Assembly: GCA_043228905.1 (NCBI GenBank)
Contig: JBHGNT010000012.1
Coordinates: 5,084,001 to 5,148,000, forward strand
Length of the DNA stretch: 64,000 nt
Reading direction: 5' to 3'
Source: Azolla caroliniana
Lineage: Eukaryota; Plantae; Polypodiophyta
Shown: positions 1 through 13,831 of the stretch, piece by piece
Numbering within the stretch: the stretch's first letter is position 1
How the letters are laid out: every line of letters starts with the position of its first letter
Notes under the pieces: model-generated
Database searches by the model: none
What the model was told of the DNA's origin: nothing
Seen by the model: the letters and a program-made list of their open reading frames with translations, nothing else
Position numbers and translations under genes: made by a program

Positions 1-206
1 TCGCATCCGGTGATACTCGGAGAACCGTACATTACAGCAGCACATATGGAGACGAAAGTGTTGGATAACGGTTCGGCATACGCACGCATGAAGAGCCAAG
101 ATGGGTGACACTCCGTCCAATTTCTAACGGTGCAACCGAACCATGAGCGCAACCGCGAGACCCTTGGCGGCGAAAGCCGAGGGGATTTTTAGAGAGGGCT
201 ATCAAG

Positions 207-3200
207 GTGTGGGGCCGCGATAGTCTGAACTCCCTAGAGACACCCCACACGTGTACCATAGGAAGGAAGCCCTATACTATAGATAGGAAATTTTGGTTCT
301 TCGACAATGGAGGCTATACGATAACCGGCATTAGCGGCCGGGAGAAGAAACAGGTAGAGGAACGTCTCAGGGCGTGCGGAGTCCTAGGCCCCAACGATGA
401 GATTGGTGGAGCCGTGGAGGCGGTCTCTTTCGACGACACCTTGGGGAAATTAAAGAAGGTGTTCAAAGAAGGCCTCATCGAAGACCAGACGATTTCGGTT
501 AATTCAGAAAAGATGTACGAAATCATCGCCGACTTTGGGGAGAGGGTCGAGTTGGATCGGATGGCCCATGTGCATATGAAGTACAAGACTGTGGACCAGA
601 AGGTGAGGCCAATTGCGGCACCCTTGCCGGAGGGTAGCGGGTTACGGATGAAAGGGGTCGCGTCGGACCCAAGTCTACGGGATCCGGTCAGCATAGGACA
701 CCGGTTCACCGACATAACGCTACAGGAGCTCAAGGTTGGTGGGGGTGGCTTTCTACTGCCGACGGAGGAGGAACAGTTTCGGGGAATGCTCGGGAGGCAC
801 GGGAAGGCCTTCACATCCTCGCCGGAAGAGATCGGGTGTGTGGACCCGATGGTCATTGAGCCGATGGTTATCTTTACAGTACCGCATGTGCCATGGAATC
901 TCAAACCGATTCCAATACCTAGAGCTCACATCCTGAAGTTGATGAAGCTGCTGAAGCAGAAGGTGGAGATGGGCATCCTCGAACCGTCGAGTGCCCCATA
1001 CTCGAATCGGTGGTTTACCGTGCCTAAGAAGAATGGCACGTTGCGCTTTATTTAGGACCTACAGCCGGTCAACAAGGTGACCATTTGGAACGCAGGGATC
1101 AGGCTGACCATTGATGAGTTCGCGGAGGCCTTCTCCGGAATGTCAATTTACTCGGTCAAAGATCTGTACTCGGGGTACGACCAATTCCAACTAGCTGTAG
1201 AAAGCAGATATATTACGATGATGCGGACTCCTCTCCGCCTAGTGTGGATGTGTACCGTTCCGCAAGGAGGGACAAACTCGGTAGCGCACATGGTGAATGC
1301 GATGAATAAGGTGCTAAGGGACTGCATCTCGGACATCACCATGCCTTTTTTGGATGACATTCCGATCAAGGGATGTCCAGTGGAGGATAAGGACGAAATG
1401 GTCGGACCAGACGGGTGTCAAAGATTCGTCTCAGACCACATTGGAGACTGCGAGAGGGTGCTACAGAAGCTCGAAGGCATGCGGCTCACCTTCTTCGGGG
1501 AGAAGTCGGCTTTCGGATAGTCGGAAATCATGGTCGTTGGACACCTGTGCGGGTTTTACGGATGGAAACCATCCCCGGCTAAGGTTGAAGCCATCTCCGC
1601 AACGAAGGAAGACAGGAGGTCGGTTATAGAAGTCCGGAGGTTCTTGGGAGCTTGCGCGTTCTACCACATTTGGATCTCGCATTACGCCCATATCGCGGAG
1701 CCACTCTACGGGTTGTTGAAGAAAGGGCGCAAGTTCAAGTGGAGCAGGGAGCATGCGGAGTTGGTCTGGAAAATGAAAGAAGCGCTTGCCGTGGCACCGA
1801 CACTCCGGAAAGCAGTCTACGATAAAAATGTTCCAATTTATGTAACCGTAGACACGAGTCCGACCGGGATCGGATGGGTGATCAACCAGGAGGATAAGAA
1901 TGACGCGAGGTTCCCCATCCGGTTTGGTGCGAAAGTACTTAGCGCACAACAGCGAGGATACGCCCAGGTTAAACGCGAACTCTTGGGTATCGTTTCCGCG
2001 GTCAAGGCGGACAGAGACTACATGATCGGGACAGAGGTAATAATAGAGACAGACTAATTACCAATTCTCGGCATGGTTTCCAGATGCGCGACACCAGACC
2101 TGGCAATGCTCAGGTGGATAGTGTACATCAAGTCCCTGAATCCGAAGATACGGCACATCTCCGGGAAAGACAACGCCATGGCCGACATGCTTTCAAGAGC
2201 AAGGTTTGAAGACGAAAACGGCATGGTTTCAGAGGAAGAGGAAGTCGGCGTGGACTTCTTCAAGACAACTTATGTGACGACGAGAAGAGGGAGCACCCCG
2301 ACGCTTAACGAGTTTGACAAGAGCGAGTACGAGGGGGAGTGGCTCCAGACCGGTGGGTTCCAGAGAACGATGGCGCCGGACGCGGCATGGACAAAGGAAG
2401 AGGCTTACTGGATCCGGAAGAAAGCGTACCGATTCTTCCTACGGGACGGGAGCATATGGAAGCACCCGAACAAGTGAGACAACGTCCCGCTCCGGGTGGT
2501 GGCGAGGAAGGAGGAGCAGGAAGCATTGTTGACGACATACCACAAGAGTCCTTGGGCCGGACACCGGAGGACATGGGCCACGTTCGAGAAGCTGAAGGAC
2601 ACGTAATGGTGGCCGAGACTATACCAGGACGTGCATCGGTTCATAACGACTTGTAAAAGCTATTAGATGCATTCCATAGTCCGACATCGGGACGAGCTGC
2701 ACCCGACTTACCCGCCGACCGTCCACTTCAAGTGGATGGTGGATCTGGTGACGATGCCGATGGGGGTAGGGCAGATGCGATACCTGGTGCTAGCGCGAGA
2801 GGATCTGACGAACCAGGTGGAGGGTTGAGCATTACCAAACAAGATGACCGCGGCCGTGTGCCGGTTCTTAATCGAGGAGGTGGTATGTCGGTCGGGTGCA
2901 TAGGGAAGATTGTAGCAGACCGTGGAGAACTGGATGCACAAGAGGCCGAAGAGTTGTTTTAATAGTTAGTGGTTAAACTTTCACTCACCACGGCGTACAA
3001 TCCGGAGGCAAACGGGAAGGTGGAACGCGGACATGGGCCAATCGTAAAGGCGTTGGTATGGGCCTGCGGAGGCCAAGTCGGGAATTGGCCACGACTCCTA
3101 GCCTACGCATTGTGGGCAGACCAAACTACGCACAGTTCAGTAACCGGGTTCATGCTGACAGAGCTGATGTATAGGTAGAAGCCGATCATGCCGATGGAGT

Positions 3201-3673
3201 GAACTATCTCGTTCTGGGCCGCGGTGGATTGGAGAGATGAGATAAGCCGGGAGGAGCTATTAGCGGCGCGAATCCAATAGCTTGAGCGAAGACCGGACGA
3301 CGTAGAACGAGCAATGGAGAAGTTGTGTGCATGAAGGACAACGAACAAGGGGCGATTCGACCGTACTCACCGACTACGACCAAAGAAAATTGAGGAAGGC
3401 GATTGAGTTCTGGTCTACGACAACAGCCTCGACAACCAGCACAAGGCAATGCGAAAGTTTGCGAGGAGGTGGTTCGGGCCTTACGCGGTGACAAGCGCCA
3501 ACGACAACAACACCTACCATCTCGCAGAGCTCGACGGAACGAAAATAGCTGTGCAGGTGGCTGGGAAGAGGATCAAGGCCTTCAAGAAGCGGCACGGGGA
3601 TGAACCGGACCCAGAGGGCATGGATGACGACGATGACTGGTTCGGAGTAGGTGGCGAACCGGAGAGCGAATGA
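207..3673 (+). pseudogene. pol: Gypsy pol pseudogene (RT-RNaseH-IN) with many stops and frameshifts
   Basis: Motifs DLYSGYDQF, PQGGTNS, PFLDD, VDTSPTGIG, ETD, NAMADMLSR, AYNPEANGKVERGH and WFGPY are spread over several broken ORFs. No chromodomain seen. Confidence 0.9.
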
Positions 3674-3749
3674 TAATCGCGGGTCGGTCTTCTCCGGCAT
3701 AGGTCTATTCTGGTGCATATTGGAGGATGCGCAGTTAGGTGGGGGCGGA

Positions 3750-4407
3750 TGTCATGGAGAAAAATCTCCCTAGGAGGAATCAGTGATAGTGTGTGTGAAC
3801 CGGCCCTTACACACGGGCACATGTTTTGATGTATTTACATAGTTAAGTACAGGTCGGCGATGTAATTATCCTAGGAAGCACGAATTCGTTAAGTAGGGAA
3901 TCAAAGAGGATCTCTGTGTGAAAGGACAGAGAATAAAAGTGATGTAACAGTCTGTAACGGCTCTCTCTCCTTGTGCTATAAAAGGAGAGGAAAATGGGCT
4001 GAGTGGATATCGCGTTTTCGAGGACGAAGTGCTGTCAGACTGAAACCAAGCTCTTCTCCTCTGTTTTTCTTCATTCTCTGCAGGTTAGGAGGCTGCCTCT
4101 GTTTTTGTAGAAAGCCCGAGTGCTTCCGATAGAGGCTCCATCTCTTGTTGTCGTGTGCGGTGTGTGAGTTAGTGTCAGTGAGTTGGCACTTACCGGCTAG
4201 CCGGTTGTAATTTTGGTCATATATTCATATATACATATATACATTTGCCTTATTCATTGTTAGACCTTGTTTGTGAGTTCTCTGTGAATTTGTGTGCGCG
4301 GCTCGGCTGTGGTTTCGTAGTGCTGCTCCCCCTATTCGGTTATTCCCCGGTTCAGGGCCCCTGCGGTCCCACCTTGGTTTCTCTTGCGCGTGCAGAATAA
4401 CACGACA
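3750..4407 (+). repeat. 3' LTR of the gypsy element
   Basis: Starts TGTCATG right after the PPT and ends CACGACA (imperfect terminal inverted repeat). TATA-like CTATAAAAGG at ~3977. Confidence 0.8.
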
Positions 4408-5487
4408 CCGGTCCTGGATTATATGCATCCCCAGTATCTGTCTCTCTGGACCCAAATCTTTAATTGAGAATGTCCATTTCAAAGCCTTCTTCAGATTTCC
4501 GATTTTGGTTCGGTCCAGTCCGACGATCAGCATGTCGTCGACATATAGCAGGAGTATCATGAAGTCTCCTCCGTTGAAATTCTTCACGAATACGCAGTGG
4601 TCAACTTGCGTCTTGTGGTACCCTTGGTCGGTCATGAAGGAGTCGAACTTCCGGTACCATTGCTAGGGAGCTTGCTTCAGACCGTATAAGCTCTTCTCTT
4701 CAACCGACACACCCTATGCTCCTTCCCTTCTCAAATCCTTCTGTTTGCTGCATGTAGATGTCTTCTTCGAGGTCGCCATGTAGGAATGCCATCTTGACAT
4801 CCAGTTGCTCTACCTCGAGGTCCATGCTTTCCATTATGCTCAACATCGTCCGGATCGATGTCATCTTTACTACCAGGGCAAAGATCTCGTCGAAATCCAC
4901 TCCTTTCTTCAGTTGAAAACACTTCACCACGATCCAAGCTTTGTACCTCGGTGGATTTCCGGCATCTCCCGGTTTCAGCTTGTACACCCACTTGTTCCGG
5001 AATGCCCTCTTTACTTTCAGCAATTCATTCAATTCGTATATGTGGTTCTCATGTAGGGAATCCATCTCGTCCTGCATGACACTCAACCACTTGCGGTTGT
5101 GGGTGTCTTTCTTTGCTTCTTCGAAGCTTTTCGGCTCCCCTTAATCGGTGAGCAATACGTGCTCTCCATCCGGAAATCTCTGGGGGGCTCTTCTCTCTCT
5201 GAGAGGGTATTTCTGGCCTTGTTCTTCAACTACCAATTCCTCCATTTGTTCTTCATCCGAATCCGATTCAGGGTATTGACCAGTTTCGGTTGTCTGCTTC
5301 TTCTTCGGTCAGTCCGGTTCTTTTTCCGGATCCAACTGGTTCATCATGATCTTCGGCTCACATCCGGTTTCCGACCGTATGTATTCTTGCATCTTCTGAT
5401 CGATCTCTGTCGATTGACCCGGAGTGCACTATCTTCCTCTCTGACTCCCAGTCGGCAATAATCTTGTCTTCAATGAAGGCTATGTCT

Positions 5488-5764
5488 TGTTGAGAGACAA
5501 GCTCAACATCGGCCGGATCGGCTGAAGAAGCCAAGGACCGGATCGGTTGGGACCGATCGGTTAGGCCGAGTGCGTAAACCGGGAGGTCGTTAGGAAAGAT
5601 ATTCCATGAGGAATATATTTGGGAGTTAGTGTAGGAGCTCTTAATGAGCATTGAAGTACTTTCAGTACTTCTGTCAGTCCTTCTAGGACTTGTATAAAAG
5701 TGTTCATTAAACACACATTTGTATAGAGAGTGGTGAATAGAGATTGTGTACTTCTGTTATATTT
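5488..5764 (+). repeat. Truncated outer 5' LTR of B1
   Basis: Matches the first ~270 bp of LTR 11150-11540 and is cut off by a new TGTTGAGAGAC start at 5765. Confidence 0.85.
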
Positions 5765-6221
5765 TGTTGAGAGACAAGCTCAACATCGGCCGGATTGGCT
5801 GAAGAAGCCGAGGACCGGATCGGTTGGGACCGATCGGTTAGGCCGAGTGCGTAAACCGGTACGCAGACTGGTGCGTAGGTAGGGCCGGATTGGTGCGGAA
5901 ACCGGGAGGCCGTTAAGAAAGATATTCCGTGAGGAATATATTTGGGAGTTAGTGTAGGAGCTCACAATGAGCATTGAAGTACTGTCAGTACTTCTGTCAG
6001 TCCTTCTAGGACTTGTATAAAACTGTTCATTGAACACACATATGCATAGAGTGTGGTGTATAGAGATTGTTTTTTTTTGTTGAATATAGTTCTTGTGTTC
6101 TCTCTCTCTCACCGTCTCTGTCTCTCCCGAGTATACTGCGTAAGCTCAAGCTCTCCATTAAACCTGAGTGTTCTTCCTTCTGTTCGGTCTTCATACTTGC
6201 TTCCGCATGCTACTTTCTACA
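5765..6221 (+). repeat. Second, complete variant 5' LTR of B1
   Basis: TGTTGAGAGAC...TTCTACA followed by the PBS. Carries ~45 extra bp absent from the other two LTR segments. Confidence 0.9.
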
Positions 6222-6232
6222 TGGTATCAGAG
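6222..6232 (+). promoter_or_regulatory. Primer-binding site for initiator tRNA-Met
   Basis: TGGTATCAGAG immediately after the LTR. Confidence 0.92.
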
Positions 6233-6293
6233 TGCGAGGGTTGAGAACCTCTCTGCAGCCGACACAACTTGACGAAGAAGAACAAGAAGAACG

Positions 6294-9200
6294 ATGGATA
6301 GAGGCATGGTGAGCTCGCTTCCTATAGAGAAGCTCGACAGAACCAACTACGCGTCTTGGTACTACAAGATGCACCAGTACCTACTCGGGCACGGCTACTG
6401 GAGTTATGTCGAAGGAGCTAATGACGCGGCACCCGAATCGACACACAGAGACTTCCCGTCGTGGGAGCAATCGGCGAGCAGGGTATTATACTGCTTTGCG
6501 TCGTGTGTGGGCGAACAACTATTGAGCTATGTTCGGGATGCAAAGACGCTGAAGAGTGCGTGGGAAAATCTGAAGAAGATTTTCGCCGCGAGCACTACAG
6601 CCAGGAAGCTTCAGCTCCGACAGGAGTTGAGCAACCTACGACAACGCGACTTGTCAGTGGTGGACTATACCTCGAAGATCAAGGATATTTGCAACTCCCT
6701 CGCCTCCATAGAGGTGAACATCGAGGAGAGTGAGATGGTCCAAATCTGTCTCAGAGGTTTGGCGTTGAAGTTCGGAGTGTTCCGAATGGCTGTGTGTACC
6801 CGGGAGAATACGCCGTCCTTTTTCAACTTACAGTCAATGCTCCTGGTAGAGGAGAACCACGCGGGTGCGTCTACAAGCACGCACACCGACAACAGAATGC
6901 TGTACACGAAGGGAGATAGGCCCCGTGGACGTGGAGGACGAGGCGAGTCGGCGCGCAATGGAGGCGGCCGATGAGATCAAGGAAGAAGGCACCGAAGTGA
7001 TGCCGACAACAACTCTGGACCCTCCGGAAACAGGAGGAGTCGAAGCGATGAGAACCGGCAAGGGAAGGCCATTGCGGAGTGCTGGTACTGTGGCAAGAAA
7101 GGCCACAGGGAAAGTGAATGTTGGAAGAAGCGCGCCGATTCGGAGAGAACCGGTTCCGGAAACGGCTCCGGACATACCGACAAGGGAAATCGGCAGCGAT
7201 CGCACTACGCCGAAGACTCCGGGAGAGCCGGAGAAGGGTCTGCCTTCGTGACGAGACACAAAGCAAACTCAATGAAACGAACCACCCCGAGATCGGACGA
7301 GGTTTGGTACGTAGACTCCGGCGCGTCAAACCACATGACGAGCCATAAGGAGTGGTTCTCGTACCTTGAAAAACCCAATACAACCTGGAGTAGTCGCAAC
7401 TGGAGACGACACTCCGCATCCGATCGCGAATGTCGGAGAAGTTCCCCTTAGCCATGTCGGGCAGAAAGGGAAACTCATGAACGTGCTGCACGTTCCGACA
7501 ATCACGAAGAACTTGGTCTCGGTCGGACAGGTTGTCGACCAAGGGAAGGGATGGAGGTTCGGTTTACACACCTCGGGTGCTTCATTGAGGAAGAAGGCCG
7601 TGTGATTGTGCAAAGCGCAGAGACGGGAGGATGTTCATCCTCGACTCCACTGACGGCGGCACCGCAATGTTCGCGAAGGGACAAAAAGCCGAGTCGGACA
7701 TCGACTTGTGGCACAAGCGGATAGGCTACGTCAACTACCAGCGGCTTCAAGATCTGCAATCGAAACAGGTAGTGTTCGGATTGCCCAAGTTTAGTGGCCG
7801 AAAGGGACAAATTTGTGAAGCCTGCTAGCTCGGGAAGCAACACCGACTTCCTTTCCCCAACGAGCGAAACCGGAGCTAGAACAAGCTCGACCTTATACAC
7901 TCCGATGTGTGGGGGCTGGCACAAAACGTTAGTCTTGGCGGGAGCCGAGACTTCATCTCCTTCATCGACGACCACACGCGGCACACGTGGATCTACCTCA
8001 TTGAAGGGAAGAGCGAAGTCTTCGACTGTTTCCGGGACCTCAAAGGGTTCGTGGAAACGGAAACGGGACGAAAGATCAAGTGCCTGCGGTCGGATGGCGG
8101 GAAAGAGTACTTTTCTGGTCAATTCAACGGTTATCTACAACAAATGGGAATTCGGCGCGAATTCAGTTGTAGATACACGCCGGAGCAGAACGGCGTGGGC
8201 GAGAGAAAGAATCGGTCAGTTGTGGAAGCGGCACGGGCAATGCTGGAGGAGAAGAGCTTGCCCAAGTTCTACTGGGCCGAGGTGGTAAGGACCGCGGTAT
8301 ACATCCAGAACCGGATTGGAGACAAAGTGTCGGTGCACAAGCTATATTTCGGAACGAAGCCAAACTTGCGACACTTGAGGGTGTTCGGTAGCATTGCGTA
8401 TGTGCATTTACCGAAGGAGAAAAGGAGGAAGCTGGACGCAAAGGCCGAGAAATGCATCTTGGTCGGTTACTCGGACGAGCAGAAGGGTTATAAGTGCTAT
8501 AACCCTCGCACCAAACAAGCGCGTGTTAGCCGCGATGCTGTGTTTGACGAGTCCGCGTCCTAGTACCAGCCCCCGACTCCGAACCCCGACTCCAATCCGA
8601 GTTCTGACGATGAGGTCAGCGAGGCCGAGATGCCTCCGGATGAGCCCGAAATCGAGACCCGTGAAGAGAGTCCGATTTCGCTCCGTTTAGGTGGACCGAT
8701 TGGACGACTGAGTCGGTACGACCAGTTCGATGAAGAGCCGGCGAGTAGTGGAGACTCGGCCGTGCATTCCCCGTGCAGGAAGCCGAGGAGACGGCTTACG
8801 CGCAAAGAAAAAGGGAAGAAGAAGGTGTCGGATTTCGGCACGGATAGGAACGAGTTAGACCGACGTGAGTCTGACTCCGAGGGAACCGGTGACGGGTCTT
8901 TAAAGGTGAAGTCTGCGTCGACTGAGAAGGCCTCGACATCGGCTAATGCGAGGTTACGCCGATCTACTCGCCAGAAGAATCCTGTTTTGCGGTTCGGATA
9001 CAACGAGTACATGGCGCATCATTATGCGTACATAACCCGTGTAGCGGAAGTGCGTGAGCCGGAGAGCTATGCAGAAGCAGCTAAAGACGCGAATTGGCGC
9101 GCCGCGATGGAGGAAGAGATGCACGCATTGGCGGAGAATGAGACCTGGGACCTGGTTGACGCACCAAGAGGGGTAAAACCGATCGGGTGTAGGTGGGTGT

Positions 9201-11155
9201 ACAAGGTCAAGTACAACACCGATGGCTCCGTTAACCGGTACAAGGCTCGGCTAGTGGCAAAGGGCTACGCGCAGAAACACGGCATCGACTACGATGAGAC
9301 GTTTGCACCGGTTGCGAAAATGACGACCGTCCGTGTTTTGCTCGCAGTAGTTGCGGCGAAGGGGTGGCACTTACATCAGATGGATGTAAAGAATGCGTTC
9401 CTACAAGGTGACCTTGAGGAACAGGTGTACATGGTACAACCCCCTGGATTTCACTCCGGAACCAACTCCTTGGCAGTATGCCGACTGAAGAAGTCCCTTT
9501 ACGGACTGAAGCAAGCCCCGTGTGTCTGGAACGCGAAGATCACGCAACAATTGCGTCGGATGGGCTTCATGACGACAAAATCGGACTCTTCCCTGTTCAT
9601 CTAGAAAGGTCGACTCGGACCGGTTAGTATTTTACTGTATGTTGATGACTTGGTCGTCACCGGTGCCGACCTAGGTGAAATCGACCGCGTGAAGCTTCAG
9701 CTTGCGGCATCGTTCGACATGAAGGATCTGGGGGACCTTCATTACTTCCTCGGGATCGAAGTGATCCGTACCCCCGAAGGCATATTGATCAGCCAAAGTC
9801 ATTACGTGCTGGGTATGCTCTTCAAATTCGGGATGGCCGACTGTAAATCCGTCTCGACTCCTCTGGACAGAACCGTCAAGCATTGTCCCGATACAGGAAA
9901 GGTATGCGACCCGACGAGGTTCCGACAAATTGTCAGAAGCCTCATATACTTGACCATCACCCGACCCAACTTCAGTTATCCGGTCGGGGTGATCAGTCAG
10001 TTCATGGCGCGACCTACCGAGGAGCACCTTCAGTGTGCGCGACGCATACTTCGGTATGTCAACGGCACTAAGGACCGGGGACTGCTATATCGGACTGGTG
10101 CAGTTGCGCAGTTAGTCGGCTACACCGATGTTGATTGGGCTGGCAACACCGCCGATCGCCGATCCACGTCTGGATACGCGTTCTCCCTCGGGAGTGCCGC
10201 GATCGCGTGGAGCAGTAAGAAGCAGCCGACAGTTGCGCTGTCGAGCACCGAAGCTGAGTACCGAGGAGCGGCTGTCGCGACATGCGAAGCCGCTTCAGCC
10301 ATATGGTTGAAGCGGCTACTTAAGGACCTGCAAGAGGAGATGTCCGATCCAACGACGATCTACTGCGACAACCTTAGCAACATCCAACTCGCGAAGAACC
10401 CTGTCTTCCACGCACGGACCAAGCACATTGAGGTGCACTACCATTTCGTCCGTGAGCGTGTCCTTTTCGGTGAAGTCGAACTTCAGTACGTTTCGACGGA
10501 TCGGCAGGCTGCCGACATCTTCACCAAGCCTCTTGGTTTGGACAAGTTGCGGAAATTCTCAGGTGCACTCGGATTGCATCAGCTTGACGTGCCGAACTTG
10601 AGGGGGAGAACAGTCCTGAACGACCAAGCAAAGCAGCAGGAAAGGAGCGGAGACCGCGACACCGAGTCGGTTGACTCGGGTGTTGACTCGGTTGATGAGT
10701 TCGACTTCGGATCGGCTGAAGAAGCCGAGGGCGGACCTGCGGAAAAGTTCGGAAGAGGACAGAAGGGGAGCAACTGAAGGAGAGAGCCGAAGCCAACCAC
10801 GCATGGGGGAGATGACGCCATCGAGGGCGAGAAGACCGAAGACGAGTTGGAGACAACCAACTCGGACGAGAGCGAAAACCGATCGGAGGTAGCCGAGTCG
10901 GTTCGGATGTTTGAGTCAGACACGTTGAATCAACAGAGGCCCAAGCGGAAGAAAAGGCAGCAGAAGAAGTGTCGACACCGCAACAACAGAAGAGCTGATA
11001 AGGGCCGCATGAGCAGACAAGCCGACCGGAAGGGTCGAAGTGCGCGGAGTCGAACAGGTCGAGGAGCGCGAGCGAGGCGTGAAGCCAGGAGGAACCGGAG
11101 CTGTGAGCCCGAGGATCTCGAAGAGCCTCGAGTTGAGCTTGAGGGGGAGTGTTGA
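6294..11155 (+). pseudogene. gag-pol: B1 gag-pol pseudogene including the C-terminal extension
   Basis: Gag start KLDRTNYASW, zinc knuckle CWYCGKKGHRESEC, protease VDSGASNHM, WHKRIG, integrase [24 protein letters not shown], RNase H ADIFTK. Several in-frame stops. Confidence 0.92.
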
Positions 11156-11540
11156 GAGACAAGCTCAACATTGGCCGGATCGGCTGAAGAAGCCGAGGAC
11201 CGGATCGGTTAGGCCGAGTGCGTAAACCGGGAAGTCGTTAGGAAAGATACTCCGTGAGGAATATATTTGGGAGTTAGTGTAGGAGCTCTTAATGAGCATT
11301 GAAGTACTTTCAGTACTTCTGTCAGTCCTTCTAGGACTTGTATAAAAGTGTTCATTGAACACACATTTGTATAGAGAGTGGTGAATAGAGATTGTGTACT
11401 TCTATCATATTTTTTGTGTCCTCTCTCTCACTCTCTCTGTCTCTCCCGCGTATACCGTGTAAGCTCAAGCTCTCCATTGAACCTGAGTTTCCTTCCTTCT
11501 GTTTGGTCTTCATACTTGCTTCCGCACGTTATTTTCTACA
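11150..11540 (+). repeat. 3' LTR of B1
   Basis: Follows the PPT, TGTTGAGAGAC...TTCTACA, followed by TSD TGTCT. Confidence 0.92.
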
Positions 11541-13831
11541 TGTCTCAATTCCTTAACACCTTCTTGTTGACCAAGTCCCACACTCGGTAGCCGAACTCAT
11601 CATCGCCGTATCCAAGGTATATGCATGGTTGGGACTTTAGATCCAATTTCCCTCTTTTTTCCTTTGCAACATGCACATAAGTGAGACAGTCGAACACCTT
11701 TAGATGCCTGTAGGACACGTCTTTACCAGTCCATACTCTCTATGGTGTGTCTCCTTCCAAGGATGATCTATTAATCACGTACGTCACCGTCATCAACGCC
11801 TCAACCCAGAATGTCTTGGACAACTTTGCATGTGCTAGCATGCTTCAGACTCTCTCCATTATGATCCGGTTCATCCGTTCAACCAGCCCGTTCAGTTCCG
11901 GTGTCTTCGGCACGATGAATTCGAGCCGGATTCCCTTCGACCGGCAATACTCCTTGAACTGCCCCTGGTATTCTTCTCTGTTATCTGTTCGAACCACCTT
12001 CAGATTTCGGCCGGTTTCCCTTTACACTCTCGCGTGGAGCTCCTTGAAGACGGACAACACCTGATCCTTCGTCTTCAATGGTAAGACCCACAATTTCCAA
12101 CCGTGGTCGTCTATGAACGTCACGAAGTACTATGATCTAACATGTGACTTCATGTCCACTTGACAGACATCGGTGTGCACCAGCTCCAGTGGTGCATTCC
12201 CTCTCATTGGTGGTTTGCCCGGAAAGAGTTTCAATTTTGCTTGTCGGCCAAGAAATCAATGCACTTCTCAAGATGCACGTCTTTCACCTTCTGAATGAGG
12301 TTATCTTCGGCAAGTCTTCTCATCCCCTTCTAGCTCATGTAGCCCAATCTCTTGTGCCACAGTTCACCGATAGTGTCAGGTGCTATGTTCACTTCTTCCT
12401 GGCATATCCGGGCGTGCATCAAGTATAGGGTGTTGATCTTTCGGGCTCAAGGCACGATCAAGCTTCCTTTGCTGAATTTCATGACTCCGTTCCGGATGCT
12501 ACCCGTGTAGCCTTCATCATCTAACCGACCGGCTGATATCAACTTCAACCGAACCTCTGGAATGTGTCAAGCATCCTTCAACAATAACTTGCACCTGGTT
12601 GATGTCGTCAACCACACATCTCCTATGCCGACAATTCGACATGTACCTTCATTCCCCATCCGGACACAACCGTGATCTCCAACTATGTAGGATGAGAAGC
12701 ATTTCCGGTCTGGTGTCTGGAATTGACAACCCACATTGTCTTGTCACCGACAAGGTTTAACTCATTCTCCTCAGTGATGAGCAATAGTTCTTCTTCACTT
12801 GTCACGATCGCTGACGTTCCTCTTCTCTCCGAAATCTTCTTTAGTTCCAAACCGTTGGCTCCCCCTTTGGATTTCCAGAAGTGTCAGCAATTCTTCTCGA
12901 AGTGCCCCAGGTTTCGCAATAAAAGCAAGTGGACCTTCCCCTTGACTTCGATCTCGTCCCTGATTTGTCCCGATTTTGGGGACTTTGATTTCAACCTCTT
13001 CCCCGATTATGGTCATCTTTCGTAACCAAGGCCTTCGAGTTCCGGATTCCCGATCCTTCCGGTGAGCTTCTTCATCTAGCAAGCTTGATTTTACCCTTGC
13101 TAGGCACAATTGCTTTCCTTCCGGCCCGGTGTTGCCCAAAGTGAAAATTAGCATCTCCCAACTATCCGGGAGGGAATCGAATAGGAGTAATGCAAGTACC
13201 TCGTTGGTCAGAGGTACTTCAAGTGAATTTGTTTGATTTATGAGCCCCTGAAATGCGTTCATGTGCTCCGCCATTCCAGATCCGTCTTGGTACCAGAGTC
13301 TCACAAACTTCCAGAATACCAAAACCCGATTTACGACGTTTTTACTCTCTAGCATGGTGCTGATTTTCTCCTAGAGAACATGAGCCTTACTTTCTTCATT
13401 GAAGTTTTTGTACAGGCTCATGTCGATGAAGCACCGTATGTATGCCATCGTCTTCATGTGCATCACTTTCCATGTCCTGGCATCGATCTTGTCCGGTTTC
13501 TTGTCCCCGAAATGTACCGGCAGCCAGAGATCTTTGACCACGAGCATGTCCCTCATCTTCAACTTCCACACTAGGTAATTGGAGCTGGTGAGCTTGAACA
13601 TGCTTCCGAATGACTCTTCCATTTTCTTGTTCGCAGTAATACCACATTGTAAGGAATAACACTCAACCACAACCGAGCTTTATACACTTAATGGAAATAT
13701 CTATAGAGGACACGTGATGTTTATGTGGAAAACCCAACCACGGGAGCCCACAGACTCCAATGATTACTGTAGGTGAAAAGAGTACAATGGGAGACTTGGA
13801 GGCAACGACCTTGAGCTCTGTATCTTCGCCA

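Larger units (their letters stand above)
1..4407 (+). mobile_element. Decayed Ty3/gypsy LTR retrotransposon; 5' part lies outside the window
   Basis: RT, RNase H and integrase fragments in gypsy order, then PPT GGGGGCGGA (3741-3749) and an LTR. Copia RT sequence follows directly at 4408. Confidence 0.9.
5488..11540 (+). mobile_element. Copia family B copy B1 (Bryco/RLC5-like), with three LTR segments
   Basis: TG...CA ends, TSD TGTCT (5483-5487 and 11541-11545), PBS at 6222, PPT GAGGGGGAG at 11141-11149, gag-PR-IN-RT-RH order. Lineage name is inferred. Confidence 0.93.
4408..13831 (-). mobile_element. Old degenerate copia family A copy (A0), host of the gypsy element and of B1
   Basis: RT fragments at 4408-5487 (LLYVDDML, DVKMAFLHGDL). 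Integrase, protease and gag remnants at 11546-13620. Degenerate PBS and truncated 5' LTR at ~13640-13831. Homologous to the element at 25104-30610. Confidence 0.85.

Noticed and set aside
6222-6232. Array supplying the primer tRNA for the local retrotransposons
   Set aside because: All recognisable PBSs match initiator tRNA-Met, not Pro.
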